Shown: piece by piece, positions 29,250 through 41,758 of the stretch | Position numbering within the stretch: position 1 is the first letter of the stretch | How the letters are laid out: each line of letters opens with the position of its first letter | Source of the DNA: the human T2T-CHM13v2.0 reference genome, Homo sapiens | DNA length: 64,000 bases | NCBI RefSeq assembly: GCF_009914755.1 | Contig: NC_060937.1 | Direction: 5' to 3' (one strand) | The notes under the pieces: generated by a model | Told to the model about the DNA's origin: nothing | What the model saw: only the letters and a program-made list of their open reading frames with translations | Database searches by the model: none | Translations under genes and position numbers: made by a program

Positions 29250-30090
29250 CCCTTTTTCTCTGGATGTTCCTTTTTCTTTAGCATCCTTTTCTTGTGTTGC
29301 TAATACAGTATTTTCTCTGAGAGTGTCAATGGTAGGTAGTTTTTTGGGGAATTTTTCTTTTTCTTCCAAAATGTCTGTATCTGCTATTTGTTTTTTTCAC
29401 CTTATATTTGCTTTTGTCTTTTTTTCCATGTTAAAGGCTTTCCTCAAATGATTGGCAATCCGAGGCCGTCTGCTCATGATTAAGAGTGGGGGGGCTAAAT
29501 CAAAAGCTGTTTGGAAAGCCCTGAGTATATGCTTTCCTCAAATGATTGGCAATCTGTGGCTGTCTGCTCATGATTAAGAGTGGGGGGCTGAATAAAAAGC
29601 TGTAAACTATTTGGAACACTCTGAGTACATGGTTGGGTCTGTCAACTCTGAACTTCACTTTTGGGTGATCAGAGTGAGTTGTTTGTTGGGGAGCCCTTAG
29701 TTTAGATACTTCCTCTTCATCCTGTCAAATTTCTAATAGAAGAGTATCTTATCTAGAAGTTAAAGGTGAGTTACTAATGTGTTTGGGAAAAGAATGATGG
29801 GTTTCTGCATTCACATTTCAGATTAGTTGTCACATAATCCCCTTTTGGGTATGGTATCCATGCCCTCAACCGTTTGGGGTCCCCCAGTTTAGAGCTACTG
29901 TTTTATATTTTTATTATAGTATTTATCTCCAGACTTCTTTTGGTGTGGAATAGGGGCAATCTCCTTGATGGATTTCTCAAACAGCCTTCACCCAGTCCTT
30001 CCTTCTCTTCCTTGTTTTAAGATCCAGAAGTTCTTGTTGCTAGTTCCTATGCCTTTTGAAGAGTGTAGTGTATATTGAGTTGGTTGCTTA
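29250..30090 (-). mobile_element. Ancient L1M/HAL1-like 5'/ORF1-start fragment
   Basis: minus strand reads atgagcagac...catttgaggaaagcc followed by A-rich sequence, resembling old L1 ORF1 starts. Confidence 0.5.
29437..29631. repeat. Tandem duplication, 2 x ~94-100 bp
   Basis: gctttcctcaaatgattggcaatc...ctgagtaYatg at 29437 and 29531. Confidence 0.95.
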
Positions 30091-30646
30091 GTTGTGATTT
30101 TTAAATTGTTTTTTAAGAGACAGGGTCTTACTCTGTTGCCCAGGCTGATTTTGAATTTTTTTTATTGAAATATTTAAATCATGTTTTTCAGTTATTAAGT
30201 AAAACCAGACCCCTGCTTTTTTGCTGTTGATAATGTGTAGCAGTGTGCACCAATTTGATTTGTACATGGCTAAATAGAATTTCTCTTTCACTGAATTTGC
30301 TGTCATGTTAGGTTACATAGGCCGCAAAGGATTTATACTGACTGAGTAGGAGAGAGGCAGTGCTGGAAATATCCTGCCAATGTATACGTTTCCTTCTTAG
30401 GCTCATATTGGCTTCCCATCTCCTGTTTCCCAGTAGCCTTAGAGTCAGTCATTTCTTGCTTTTTAACTTCTACTCACTGTTGTTACAGATGAGGGCTTGC
30501 GGTATCTCATTCTATAGAAGATTCTTTCTTTCTCCCCTACCTGAAATATGATGGCAGGTTTCAGAGGTTTTCACTGCTAGATAAAGTGATAAAAGTATAA
30601 GAGTAATAAAGCAATCCTTGCTTTTGTTTGAAAGAGTGAGGCTTGA

Positions 30647-30942
30647 GGCTGGGCACGGTGGCTCATGCCTGTAATCCCTGCACTTTGGGAGGCCGAGGCG
30701 GGCAGATTGCTTGAGGTCAGGAGTTTGAGACCAGCCCAGCCAACATGGTGAAACCCCACCTCTACTAAAAAATACAAAAATTAGCCGGGTGTGGTGGTGC
30801 ACACCTGTAATCGCAGCTACCCGGGAGGCTGAGACAGGAGAATTGCTTGAACCTGGGAGGCAGAGGTTGCAGTAAGCCGAGAGATCGCGCCACTGCACCC
30901 CAGCCTGGGCGATAGAGCAAGACTCAGTCTCAAAAAAAAAAA
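30647..30942 (+). mobile_element. Alu (AluS-like)
   Basis: full Alu; TSD agtgaggctt. Confidence 0.92.
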
Positions 30943-31489
30943 GTGAGGCTTTGATTTTTTTTTTAGTAGTTTCAATCACATCTTCAATTATTTTCTTTTA
31001 AACCCCATATACCCTGTTCCATTTTACGTTTCTCCAGCTTCATTCCTGACTAGCAGGATCATTTCACTTTATCCGTGTGAACCTTATACTGTAGTGCTTC
31101 TCAACCTTATCAGACCCAGTACCTCCCTTTTTAAGCAAATAATTTGTAATTCTCCCTTTGAGATCCTTAAATAAAATGAATAGATAAAACAATCCACTTA
31201 AAAAGTTAAAAAATTAATTGCCCTATTTGTAATATACAGGAGAAACAAAAGGGAAGTCATTTATAATAAAGTAGTATATATTGTAATATTTAAATGTTTG
31301 GATATGACATACAGAGATAACATGCCTCCACAAGTTTCTCACTTAATTATTCTCTGCCACAGGGGGATATGGAAAGCTCTGTGAATCCTAATTGATAAGG
31401 TATTTGGATGACTACCTGAACAGCTAACTCAGATTTATCCATATTTTAGAGAAAATATCAGAGTCTGTTCTACAGTTTCCTTTTTTTTA

Positions 31490-32120
31490 ACTTAAAAAAA
31501 GTGTAATTAGCTTAAAATATACAGATCCTGAGTGTTCAGTTTGATGTTTGAAGAGAGTGAATTTCCATGATGCCAAAAAGTCCCCCTGTATCCCCTTCCA
31601 GTTAGTTCTCTCACCATTTTCTGGTTTCTATTTCTGTAGGTTAGTTTTGCCTGTTTCTGAATTTCATATATGTTGAATCATACAATGTGTACTATTCTTT
31701 TTGAGGGTGGGGAATGGAGAGAGATCTGGCTGCTTTCACATAACATGTTTTTGAAATTTATCCTGTTTTGTTAATTTATTCTTTATTATTATTCCGTTGT
31801 ATGAATATACCATAATTTGTTTACCCACTTCTTTTGATGGTTATCTGGGTTGTTTCTGATTTGGGGCTATTAATAGTGATTACTGTGAATAGTCTTATAC
31901 AAGTATTTCTGTGGGCTTATGTTCTTATTTCTTTTTGAAAACAGTAATTAAATTGCTGGTCATAGTGTAGATACATGTTTATAAGAGACAGTGAAAACAG
32001 TCTCCATATTAGTTATACTGTTTTACATTTGTACCAGCAATGAATGAGAGTTCCAGTCATTTAGCGTCCTTGACAACATTTTGTGTTTTCAGTCTTTTTG
32101 TTTTTAACCATTCTTATAGG
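31490..32120 (-). mobile_element. L1ME-like 3' fragment
   Basis: tatgaatataccataatttgtttaccca...ttggggctatt...aattgctggtcatag. Confidence 0.7.
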
Positions 32121-32317
32121 TTCTTCAACTATTTTAAATGTTTTCAGTGTTCTTTCTGGAAATAAGCTTGTGTATTGTTTTCTTTCCCATTTGGGTTTCA
32201 TCCTTTTCCTTTGTCCTGTGACATTTACTTGTTGTCCATCTGCCAAAATTTTGTTGACACATCTCTTGCCTGTGATCTCTTGTTGTGATCTCTTCTCTTG
32301 TTATTTGTCCCTTTTAA

Positions 32318-32924
<607 letters not shown>

Positions 32925-33182
32925 AGGTTAGTGAATTCTTAATCAAGTTATCAATCTACCAAATGGAGAGGAGGCTGTTATTACTCAATTGGATGTCAAG
33001 GCTCTTTTTTGACTGAAGAACTAATCTTCTTTCTTCCTTCCCTTTCTTTCTGGGCTCTTAATTTTCTTGAAACTTCTATGTAGGTATTGTTTTGCTAGGG
33101 CTTATTTTCAAGGGTATCATGCAGTGTTTTAAAAATATTTTAGTTATTAAAATTTCCACTGTAATAAAATGTTATCTTTCAG

Positions 33183-33328
33183 AGTATCTTAAAGTGAGGT
33201 CACATGACCCTGAGGAAGCTATTAGACATGATGTTATTGTGTCAATAGTTACAGCTGCTAAAAAGGATATTCTTCTGGTCAATGATCACTTACTTAATTT
33301 TGTGAGAGAGAGAACATTAGACAAACGA
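33183..33328 (+). CDS. PDS5B: PDS5B exon 11 (YLKVRSHD...RTLDKR)
   Basis: ctttcag| acceptor; 146 nt; CGA|gtaagt donor. Confidence 0.97.
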
Positions 33329-34136
33329 GTAAGTATGAATAAATAATTATTACTAAGTTTTCATTTTTAATACTTGAAGTTTAACAATATTTGAAAATAT
33401 ATTTAAATATACATATTTAAATATAATTAGCCTTTTTTAGGGGTATGGAGGCATTTTAATATTTAAAATTACCTTTATGAGGTTTACTTTCTGTTACATT
33501 AAATTGTATCAGTTTTTCTTCATTAAAGATATTTGTTCTAATCCTGAAGATAAGACAGCTCTTAATGGTAGTCAATGTTTATCCTGTATACCAGTGTTAA
33601 TGATAAGGGACTTTTGTAAAGGCCTGAGATACAACTTCTCTTATGTTGTTGACTCTTCTTTTTCTTTCTCCTTTCAGGGCTGTTGTTATATGGGTATGAA
33701 TTGGTAGTTGTCTAGCTGGTTGTATTATAATCAACATGGAATAGAAAATGAAAGATGTTTTCAACTTAGCAAAGCTAAACCCGATAGAGCACCATGCTTC
33801 TAGCCTATTTTCTGTGTCCTCAAGCCAGCTTTTTTGAATGAGTACCCACTAGCTCCACTCATTAATCAGTGAACTTGAGAGGACTGTATCTTGTTATGTT
33901 TGTGTTTCATACTGCATGGAATATATTAGGCACTCAGGAAATACTTTAATGAATGTTCATTCTGTTCCCCTCCTGATTGCCATAATGGCATCTAAGCCTC
34001 ATTTAGGCATAAGAGTAATTTTGGTGAAGGATGAGACTTTTTGACTTATTTAAGTGCTAATTATCAAAGAAAGTGGGAGGCCTGCCTATTGGTTGTTGGA
34101 ATATCTTTGACTAGGTAAATTCTTTAAAACTTTGTA

Positions 34137-34426
<290 letters not shown>

Positions 34427-34959
34427 CATTGTAACGGGTTGATCATGCCATCTCCCTTGTTTAATACTCTCGTTGATAATGCTGGTTGTGCGTGGAGGAT
34501 AAATGGGCAAGAAGCACATGGTTTTCCCTTCAAATCTATAGGTATCCAGAACAATTTATTTTAACCGATAAATTTAGACTAATCTTTATTGAATATTTCG
34601 TTGTGGTATTAATTAGTGAAAAGGGCCAAAAGGCATGAAGAGGGAAAGGATATTTGCATTGTTCATAGGATAGTAGCCTTCTAAATACCTTTTTTCTCAG
34701 CTAGACTTAGAATTTGAGCTGTTTTTGTGTATTGTTGGGATCATAATGTATATTTTTGATCATCATGTTATATTGTATGGTTGCTTGGTTCATTCATATA
34801 AAAATTGAGCACTGAAAAATAATTGACTATATACATGTTCTTGGTAATATTAGAATATGATGTATCTTTAAATTCTCTTTGAAGAAGAGGGAATTAAGAG
34901 TTAGATACAACATGGGGAGTTAGAGATACAAACTTTTTATAAACAAATTGAAGTCTTAC

Positions 34960-35244
34960 TTATTTTTTGAGACAAAGTCTCCCTTTGTCACCCAGGCTGG
35001 AGTGCAGTGGTGCCATCACGGCTCATTGCATCCTTGACCTGGGTTCCAACAGTCCTCCCACCTCAGCCTCCTGAGTAGGTGGTACTACAGGCACATCCCA
35101 CTATGCCTGGCCAATTTTTTTTTTATTAGAGACAGGGTCTCACTATGTTGCCTAGGCTGGTCTCGAATTCCTGGTCTCAAGCCATCCTCCCACCTCGGCC
35201 TCCCAAAGTGTTAGGATTACAAGCATGAGCCACCATGACTGGCC
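34960..35244 (-). mobile_element. Alu (AluJ-like)
   Basis: reverse-complement Alu; TSD tgaaRtctta. Confidence 0.9.
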
Positions 35245-35807
35245 TGAAATCTTATAAGACCTGTAGAAGTCTTTTATTTCAATATGTAGTTGGTGGATGA
35301 ATGAGATAAGAACTATTCTTAATATACTGTAATTAAGTGAAAGAAAAACCAAGGAATAATTTGTTGCTATGAATGACAGACCATAGCAAAAGAAAAAGGA
35401 CCACGAAGGAAAAAATTAATAATCTCTGCAGATTCATGATGTTTTCAACATTACCAGCTTCCTTTTGATTACAGTGCTGTGTTTATGTAAAATTAAAGAA
35501 TGAACTTATTCTAAGATAATTAATGCCAGATGCACTGTAACAAATATACACTTATTTTAAAAAAAGTTGAATACATTTCCCTTATACTTCAACTCAGTCC
35601 CAGATGTACAGAATGGACCACTGATAAGTATTTTTACATTCAGCATTTGATAAAGCCAATATCATATATGCCTTTAATACATCTTAATTACTATTATTTG
35701 TAATAGTGTAAGTATGCTCAATATAGACCACAATTAGAAAAAAATTATGAGGGATGGGGGTTTATCCATTTAATTCTGTCTTTGTCTTTTAATGTTTGGT
35801 TTCTTGA

Positions 35808-36091
35808 GCTGGCTGCAGTGGCTCACGCCTGTAATCCCAGCACTTTAGGAGGCTGAGGTGGGAAGATTGCTTGAGGCCAGGAGTTCGAGACCAGCCTGGG
35901 CAACATAGACCCTGTTTCTACAAAAAACAAAAATAAAAAATTAGCTAGGTGTGGTATTGTATGCCTGTAGTCCCAGCTACTCTGGAGGCTGAGGTAGGAG
36001 GATTGCTTGAGCCCAGTTGTTCATGACTTTGGTGAGCTGTGATTGCACCACTTCACTCCAACTTGGGCAACAGAGATCCTGTCTCTAAAAA
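35808..36091 (+). mobile_element. Alu (AluJ-like)
   Basis: diverged Alu body. Confidence 0.9.
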
Positions 36092-36439
36092 TGCATGAAC
36101 AAAAATTTTGGTAGCTTGTTTTTCCTCACCAATTTTAAGTCACAGTATGTAGAGTATGATTAGCTTTTGTTTTCAGGCATAGATGATAGGTTTAAGACAT
36201 TAAAGCATTAAAGTTCTTTACACATGTTGATTTTTCTCCCATACTTTACATGGTAGAAATATTTATGTGATAGTTGTGTTTTTTTTTAATAAATGTAGTA
36301 ATTATAAATTGATATTTAGTATCTGAGACTTAAAAAAATGTATAAAGGGAAGGAAAACACAAAACTAGGAAACTAGACTTTCCTTAATTTATATAATGGA
36401 AGCCTTTTTACATTATAAATAAAACTTTTTGTTTTTAAG

Positions 36440-36591
36440 TGGAGAGTACGCAAAGAAGCCATGATGGGACTTGCCCAAATTTATAAGAAATATGCTTTAC
36501 AGTCAGCAGCTGGAAAAGATGCTGCAAAACAGATAGCATGGATCAAAGACAAATTGCTACATATATATTATCAAAATAGTATTGATGATCG
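36440..36591 (+). CDS. PDS5B: PDS5B exon 12 (WRVRKEAM...QNSIDD)
   Basis: tttttaag| acceptor; 152 nt; CG|gtaagt donor. Confidence 0.97.
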
Positions 36592-37762
36592 GTAAGTTAA
36601 GGACACTATAAATATTTGGTGACTTTGAATGTTATATAACTTGATTTATTGTTTTATGCAAACTATTTTCTTTATGACCTTACACTCCTTCCTCAGTTTT
36701 TAGTGCAAGGTAAAGGTAGTGAGTGACTGGGCTCATTCCCACCCAAGCCATAAATGAAGCAGTAATGTACATATAACTTTAGGGATGGGTACAGGTTTTA
36801 CGTTCCATTTTCATATACTGTATTTGAACAGTAATATCTAAAAATAGGTATGTGTAATAGTTATAATTTTAGTTCATAGGTAATTGTGTTACAAGGATCT
36901 TCATTAATTTTTTTCAAAGAAAACTTTAAAAAGCTGTTGAATTTTACACATTTAAAAACAATTTCTACTGAAGGCTAAAAAACAGTTTATAAATTTATAT
37001 AAAAAACACATTATCTGAATATAATCTTAATATTTTTTCCATTCCAGGCTAAGATTAGATCTTGTATGGACTGCAGTCATTTATTAGTTAATAGAGCTCT
37101 AAATCCTGCTTATAGTCTGAAATGATTTGATAGGTTATTAGTGGAGACCAAATGATTTTGCCTGTAGCAGATCAGAATGAGAAAATTAAGAAGCAGGTCA
37201 CACTAAAATTTTAAGAGGCATAGATACTAAAAACTGGATTATCTATGAAACTTTATAGTTGTTTTTATAAAATTGAAGTTGTACTTCTTGAGGGTATGGC
37301 ATCAGTGCACAAAGAATTACATTATGATTTTGTAGGACTTTTTTTTAGTACTTTTAGCCAGGTCTGTTTTCATGATGATGCCTATGAAAATGCAAAAGAA
37401 TCTTAAGAGTTTCTTTAGTTTTGACTTAGAAATTTAGAACTTGGCATTTGAAAGGACCTGGCATATTTTAAAACTCTGTATTATACAGATAAAGAAAAAA
37501 ATCCCTGGTACATAATGTGCCCAACATCCTGAAGATGGTAGTTGTCTTAGCTGGGTGTAGGGCTGTTTTCAGTACATCCAGCTAAATCCTGTTTTGGTCC
37601 CCTTCTATCTACAGATAGAAGGTTTTGATTTGGAAATCTCATTTCCACTTAGAGCGGCAGGAACTTCTTTAATATATGTTCTTTACATAGTTTTAGAATT
37701 TTATATACAACTTTAGAACATTAGAAAAAAATCAATACAATGCCTTCTCTGCTTTTTTGTAG

Positions 37763-37876
37763 ACTACTTGTTGAACGGATCTTTGCTCAATACATGGTTC
37801 CTCACAATTTAGAAACTACAGAACGGATGAAATGCTTATATTACTTGTATGCCACACTGGATTTAAATGCTGTGAA
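37763..37876 (+). CDS. PDS5B: PDS5B exon 13 (LLVERIFA...LDLNAV)
   Basis: ttttttgtag| acceptor; 114 nt; AA|gtatgt donor. Confidence 0.97.
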
Positions 37877-38724
37877 GTATGTTTCAAATATCAAATTCTG
37901 TTCTTTTCATCCTTTGCAATATATTGGATTTTATGGAAAAGAAACTACAAACACCTGTATTTTAAAATGTAATCTATGTAGTGTAAACATTGTTTAAAGG
38001 GTTATGTCGTAGTACTTGGCTATTTTTTCAGAAAGTACCACTTTAAACATGAGACTAAGCCATTACAAGCAATTGAAAAATAGAGCTGATTGACATGAAA
38101 TCTTTTAGGATTTGAGTTTTCTATTCATATTGTTGGTGTCTCAAGAAACGTTGATGTACCTATTCTTTTTTATTTGTTTTCCTTAAGGCATTAGAAACAT
38201 TCATATTATGAAAATACTACCTTTTTATTCTCACTTGGTGTACTGATGTGCATTACGGTGGAGAGCAGTAGGCTGCAGATTTTGTGCTGCATAGCCTGAG
38301 CAGCACCGTGTTATAGTTTGACATAAGAGTAAGCACAAATATATTTTTATTACCGCATGTCATTCAGAAAGTACTTTTGGGTGTTTAGGTAAGGTGGCAT
38401 TGGTGTGTTAGACATGGAAAAGACATTGCTAGTCTAATTGAATCATACTAAGGGTTAGGAAATTGAAGTCTTAGAGATTTGCTTTAGGTTTTAGGAAATG
38501 TAGACCCTTAGTATTCCAGCAAATGTAGTTTACAAATATTAAGGGTTAAATGTTGAGAAATTTGAGAGATCTAAGGGGCTGTATGTAATTTTCATTTGTA
38601 CCACTGTTTAATGAGACTTTTAACTTCATTTCTTCCATGGAAATAATTATATTTTCTGTTTATGTTTTATACAGAAATAGTGAGGACAAGGTTGTAGAGG
38701 GGAGAAATACACATTTTTTTTTCC

Positions 38725-38873
38725 TACCTGCTGTATTTCAGGCACTGGAATTTGTATTATGTATAACTGCTTTTGTGCTACAGTGGAAAAGTAGGTTGCA
38801 GAGAGATCTGATTGCCCACAAAGCTTAAAATATTTACTGTCCGGCCTTTTACAGAAAAAGCTTGGCAACCCTG
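38725..38873. mobile_element. MER58-type hAT relic
   Basis: cccacaaagcttaaaatatttactgtccggccttttacagaaaaagcttggcaaccc terminus. Confidence 0.75.
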
Positions 38874-40854
38874 GTTTAAGTGATATTTTTCCTGTTTTAC
38901 ATATGATGAAATAAATCACACAAATGTTAAGTTCCACAGAATCACACAAGGAATAAGAGGGAGCCAGGATTCGCACTCAATCCTGCTTGGTTCCAAAGCT
39001 TGTTCTTTTTCCACTACACGTAGTAAAATACATTACTCTCATATTTACTTTTATTACTTGTAAACTTTTCTCTGGAATTGAAATACATCCTAAAATTGTT
39101 GGTTTGTCATAGCCTAATTGGTGGCTCTTTTTCTCATGGCAAAATTAATTGATGGCCTCTTAAATTGGATGAAATATGGTATTTATATCATATTTGAAAC
39201 TACCTATTGGAAATCATAGTAAATCTAGACTTCTCTACTCAGCCCAACTGTCATTCAAGAGTAAAAATGAAATGTCACTTTTAAGCAAAAATGAAGAATT
39301 TGCCAGTCCTACTTGAAAAAATTACTAAAGAATAACCTTATTTTGGTAAGAAAGGAAATTAAATCTATAAAGAAGTAATAAGATTCAAGAATTTGAAACA
39401 CTTCTATAAATATAAATAATAAAGGACTGTAAAAACAGTAATAATACAGTTTTATTTGCAAGGGGTGGGAGTGTGGATTAAAAAGTAGGTAGCATGTAGG
39501 CCAATATTTAGCCAGTACCATACACCACTGCAGTACTATGTGAGATTTCCTGAGTGTCCCTGGAATCCTCCTTCCTATGGTCCTACCATGCCTGGGCAGG
39601 GCTGGAATGTCTCCAGGACCTTCTTGCACTGCCCATGATTCTGACTGGTTGATGCCTGATGCCTTTGTGAAAAATTTTGACTGCAGGTGGGTCCTATCAG
39701 ATAACAGCATGTAAGGTAATAGGTAAGTAATGAGTATGAAGGTGTTCCAAGGTTCTTTTGTCATGTTAGTGAGGGCAGACATCTTGACTAACTATGTTAT
39801 AAGTGGGCATTTAACAGTCACCTCTGAAAGCAGTTAAAATGTATAGCTTCCAAACACAGAGGAACAAAAAATAATTAATGAAAACTTTAATACCAGAAAC
39901 AAAATAGAAAACAAGAAAAATAACAATAAATACACAAAGTATAGTTGTTATAAAACTAAACATGTCAGATATCACTTATCACTTAAATGATAAGTATATT
40001 TGATTGAATTCAAAAGTGAAACAGTGCCATTCACAAGAGATATATTGAAAAATAATGCCATTGAAAAGTTAAAAGTAAATTCCAATCTGGACCAGTACTC
40101 AAAAGGAAAGGCTTTGATTCTACAAAAATGGTTGGTGAATGAATGGATATTTATTTGTTTTAAGATAAAATATTTAGGGTACATATATATCATTTTTTAG
40201 ATGATTTTCATTTTAACCAGCTTTTTATAATTAGCTGACCAACTATTATACTTACCAGTATTTTAGTACTTTATATTTATCTGTGGTTGTTTTCTCCAAA
40301 ATCCATTACCTTTTTAATTATGTAATAATAAAGAAATCACGTATATATGTTATGAAGCATAGTAATAAAGTAAAAATACCTATGAATCTATTACCCAACT
40401 TGTAAACTTTTCTCCCATTCATCTTCCTCCCAGAGGTAACCTCTACCCTTGTTTCTTGTTTCCTTTAAAAATTTTTTTTAACATATACATGTATATGTAT
40501 GTGTATATATGTGTATCCCTCAGTAATATATTTTTGCTTGTTTTTGAACTTTATGAAAGAAACAATTGTGTATACAGTGTTGTGTGTCTTTTTTTCTATT
40601 CTATTTCCAAGATTCAGTCATAATATTATACATAGCTGTACCTCATTCATTTCACTGTGCTATAGAATTGCACTATTTCATTAATCCATGATCTTATTCC
40701 ATTATTTTGATATGAGAAATTTGAGTCAATGCAGAAAATGGATGTCTGCATTACTTCCTTTTTTATTTTTTTACTATTTCAAATAATGCTGCTGTAAATA
40801 CTTTTCAATTTAATATACACATGCAAGAGTTTCTCTGAGGTATGAATATGAGTT

Positions 40855-41026
40855 ATTCTCAAATTTAGCTACTTATTGAAATCACCCTGGGAGGTTTAAA
40901 CAATTGACAACTAAGTCCCTCCTTCAGAGATAGTTACTTCATTTGTCCGGAGTGTAGTCTGGGCAGTCTGATTTTTAGAAAAGCCTTTCAGGAGATTTTA
41001 ATGGGCAACCAAGGTTCATAATCACT
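40855..41026. mobile_element. MER5-type relic inside an L1ME-like antisense fragment (~40300-41270)
   Basis: ttctcaaattt...aatcaccctgggagg...caggagattttaatg...caaggtt. Confidence 0.55.
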
Positions 41027-41718
41027 AGTATATAGCTAGGAGTGGAGTTTCTATGTGCCTTTTCATCATTGTAAACTAGTGTCAAATTGTTTTCCAACAT
41101 GATTATACTAGTTTATACTCCTACCAGTGGTTTATGGATTTCTACGTCCTCCTGTGTATTATCAGACATTTAAATTTTTCCTAATCTTATGAGTATCAAA
41201 TTTTCTTATCTTTAATTTTCCTGAATGCAGGTAATATTGATCTTTTATAGTTTTATGGTCCATTAATGTTCTGATTTCACCACACTCCCCACTACTACGT
41301 ATTGCAACACCTGTTCCTCTTTATGCATTTAAATTACATTCTAGTCCTGAAGTCATTTGAATATATGACTTTGACTTAATTTGAAAGGGACTTAAAAATA
41401 GCTGCTTGTCAGGCATGTTCCTGGTAAGAACTTGTTTGGTTAGAATTCCTCTTACTTGTTGAAAGAGCCATATATTTTATTCTCTGACTACTTTTCTTTG
41501 GGGAAGACAAAGTATTTCTTAGATTTCAGACTTTTTATGTGAATCAGTTTTTGAATAAGCTCCTAAGTAAACTAAATATCTTGATTATTGAAAAAGAGAA
41601 CAGTGTGTACTTCCACCTCTCACAAGTTCCCCAGAACTCCTATTAGCGACAGTAGTAGAAGATGGTATCGGGGTCTTTGTTGTGATCTTCTCTTTTATTA
41701 AACAAGTTTGCGTCCAAA

Positions 41719-41758
<40 letters not shown>

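Noticed and set aside
29017-29451. 144-aa hydrophobic ORF
   Set aside because: An artefact of pyrimidine tracts and the GT microsatellite, which lack stop codons. Only the splice-bounded part is kept as a finding.
30512-30979. 155-aa ORF and the many similar ORFs ([33 protein letters not shown])
   Set aside because: These are translations of Alu sequence, not genes.
39309-39782. 157-aa minus-strand ORF, the longest in the track
   Set aside because: No recognisable domain, low-complexity F/I/L tail from AT-rich DNA, and no exon structure; most likely a chance ORF.
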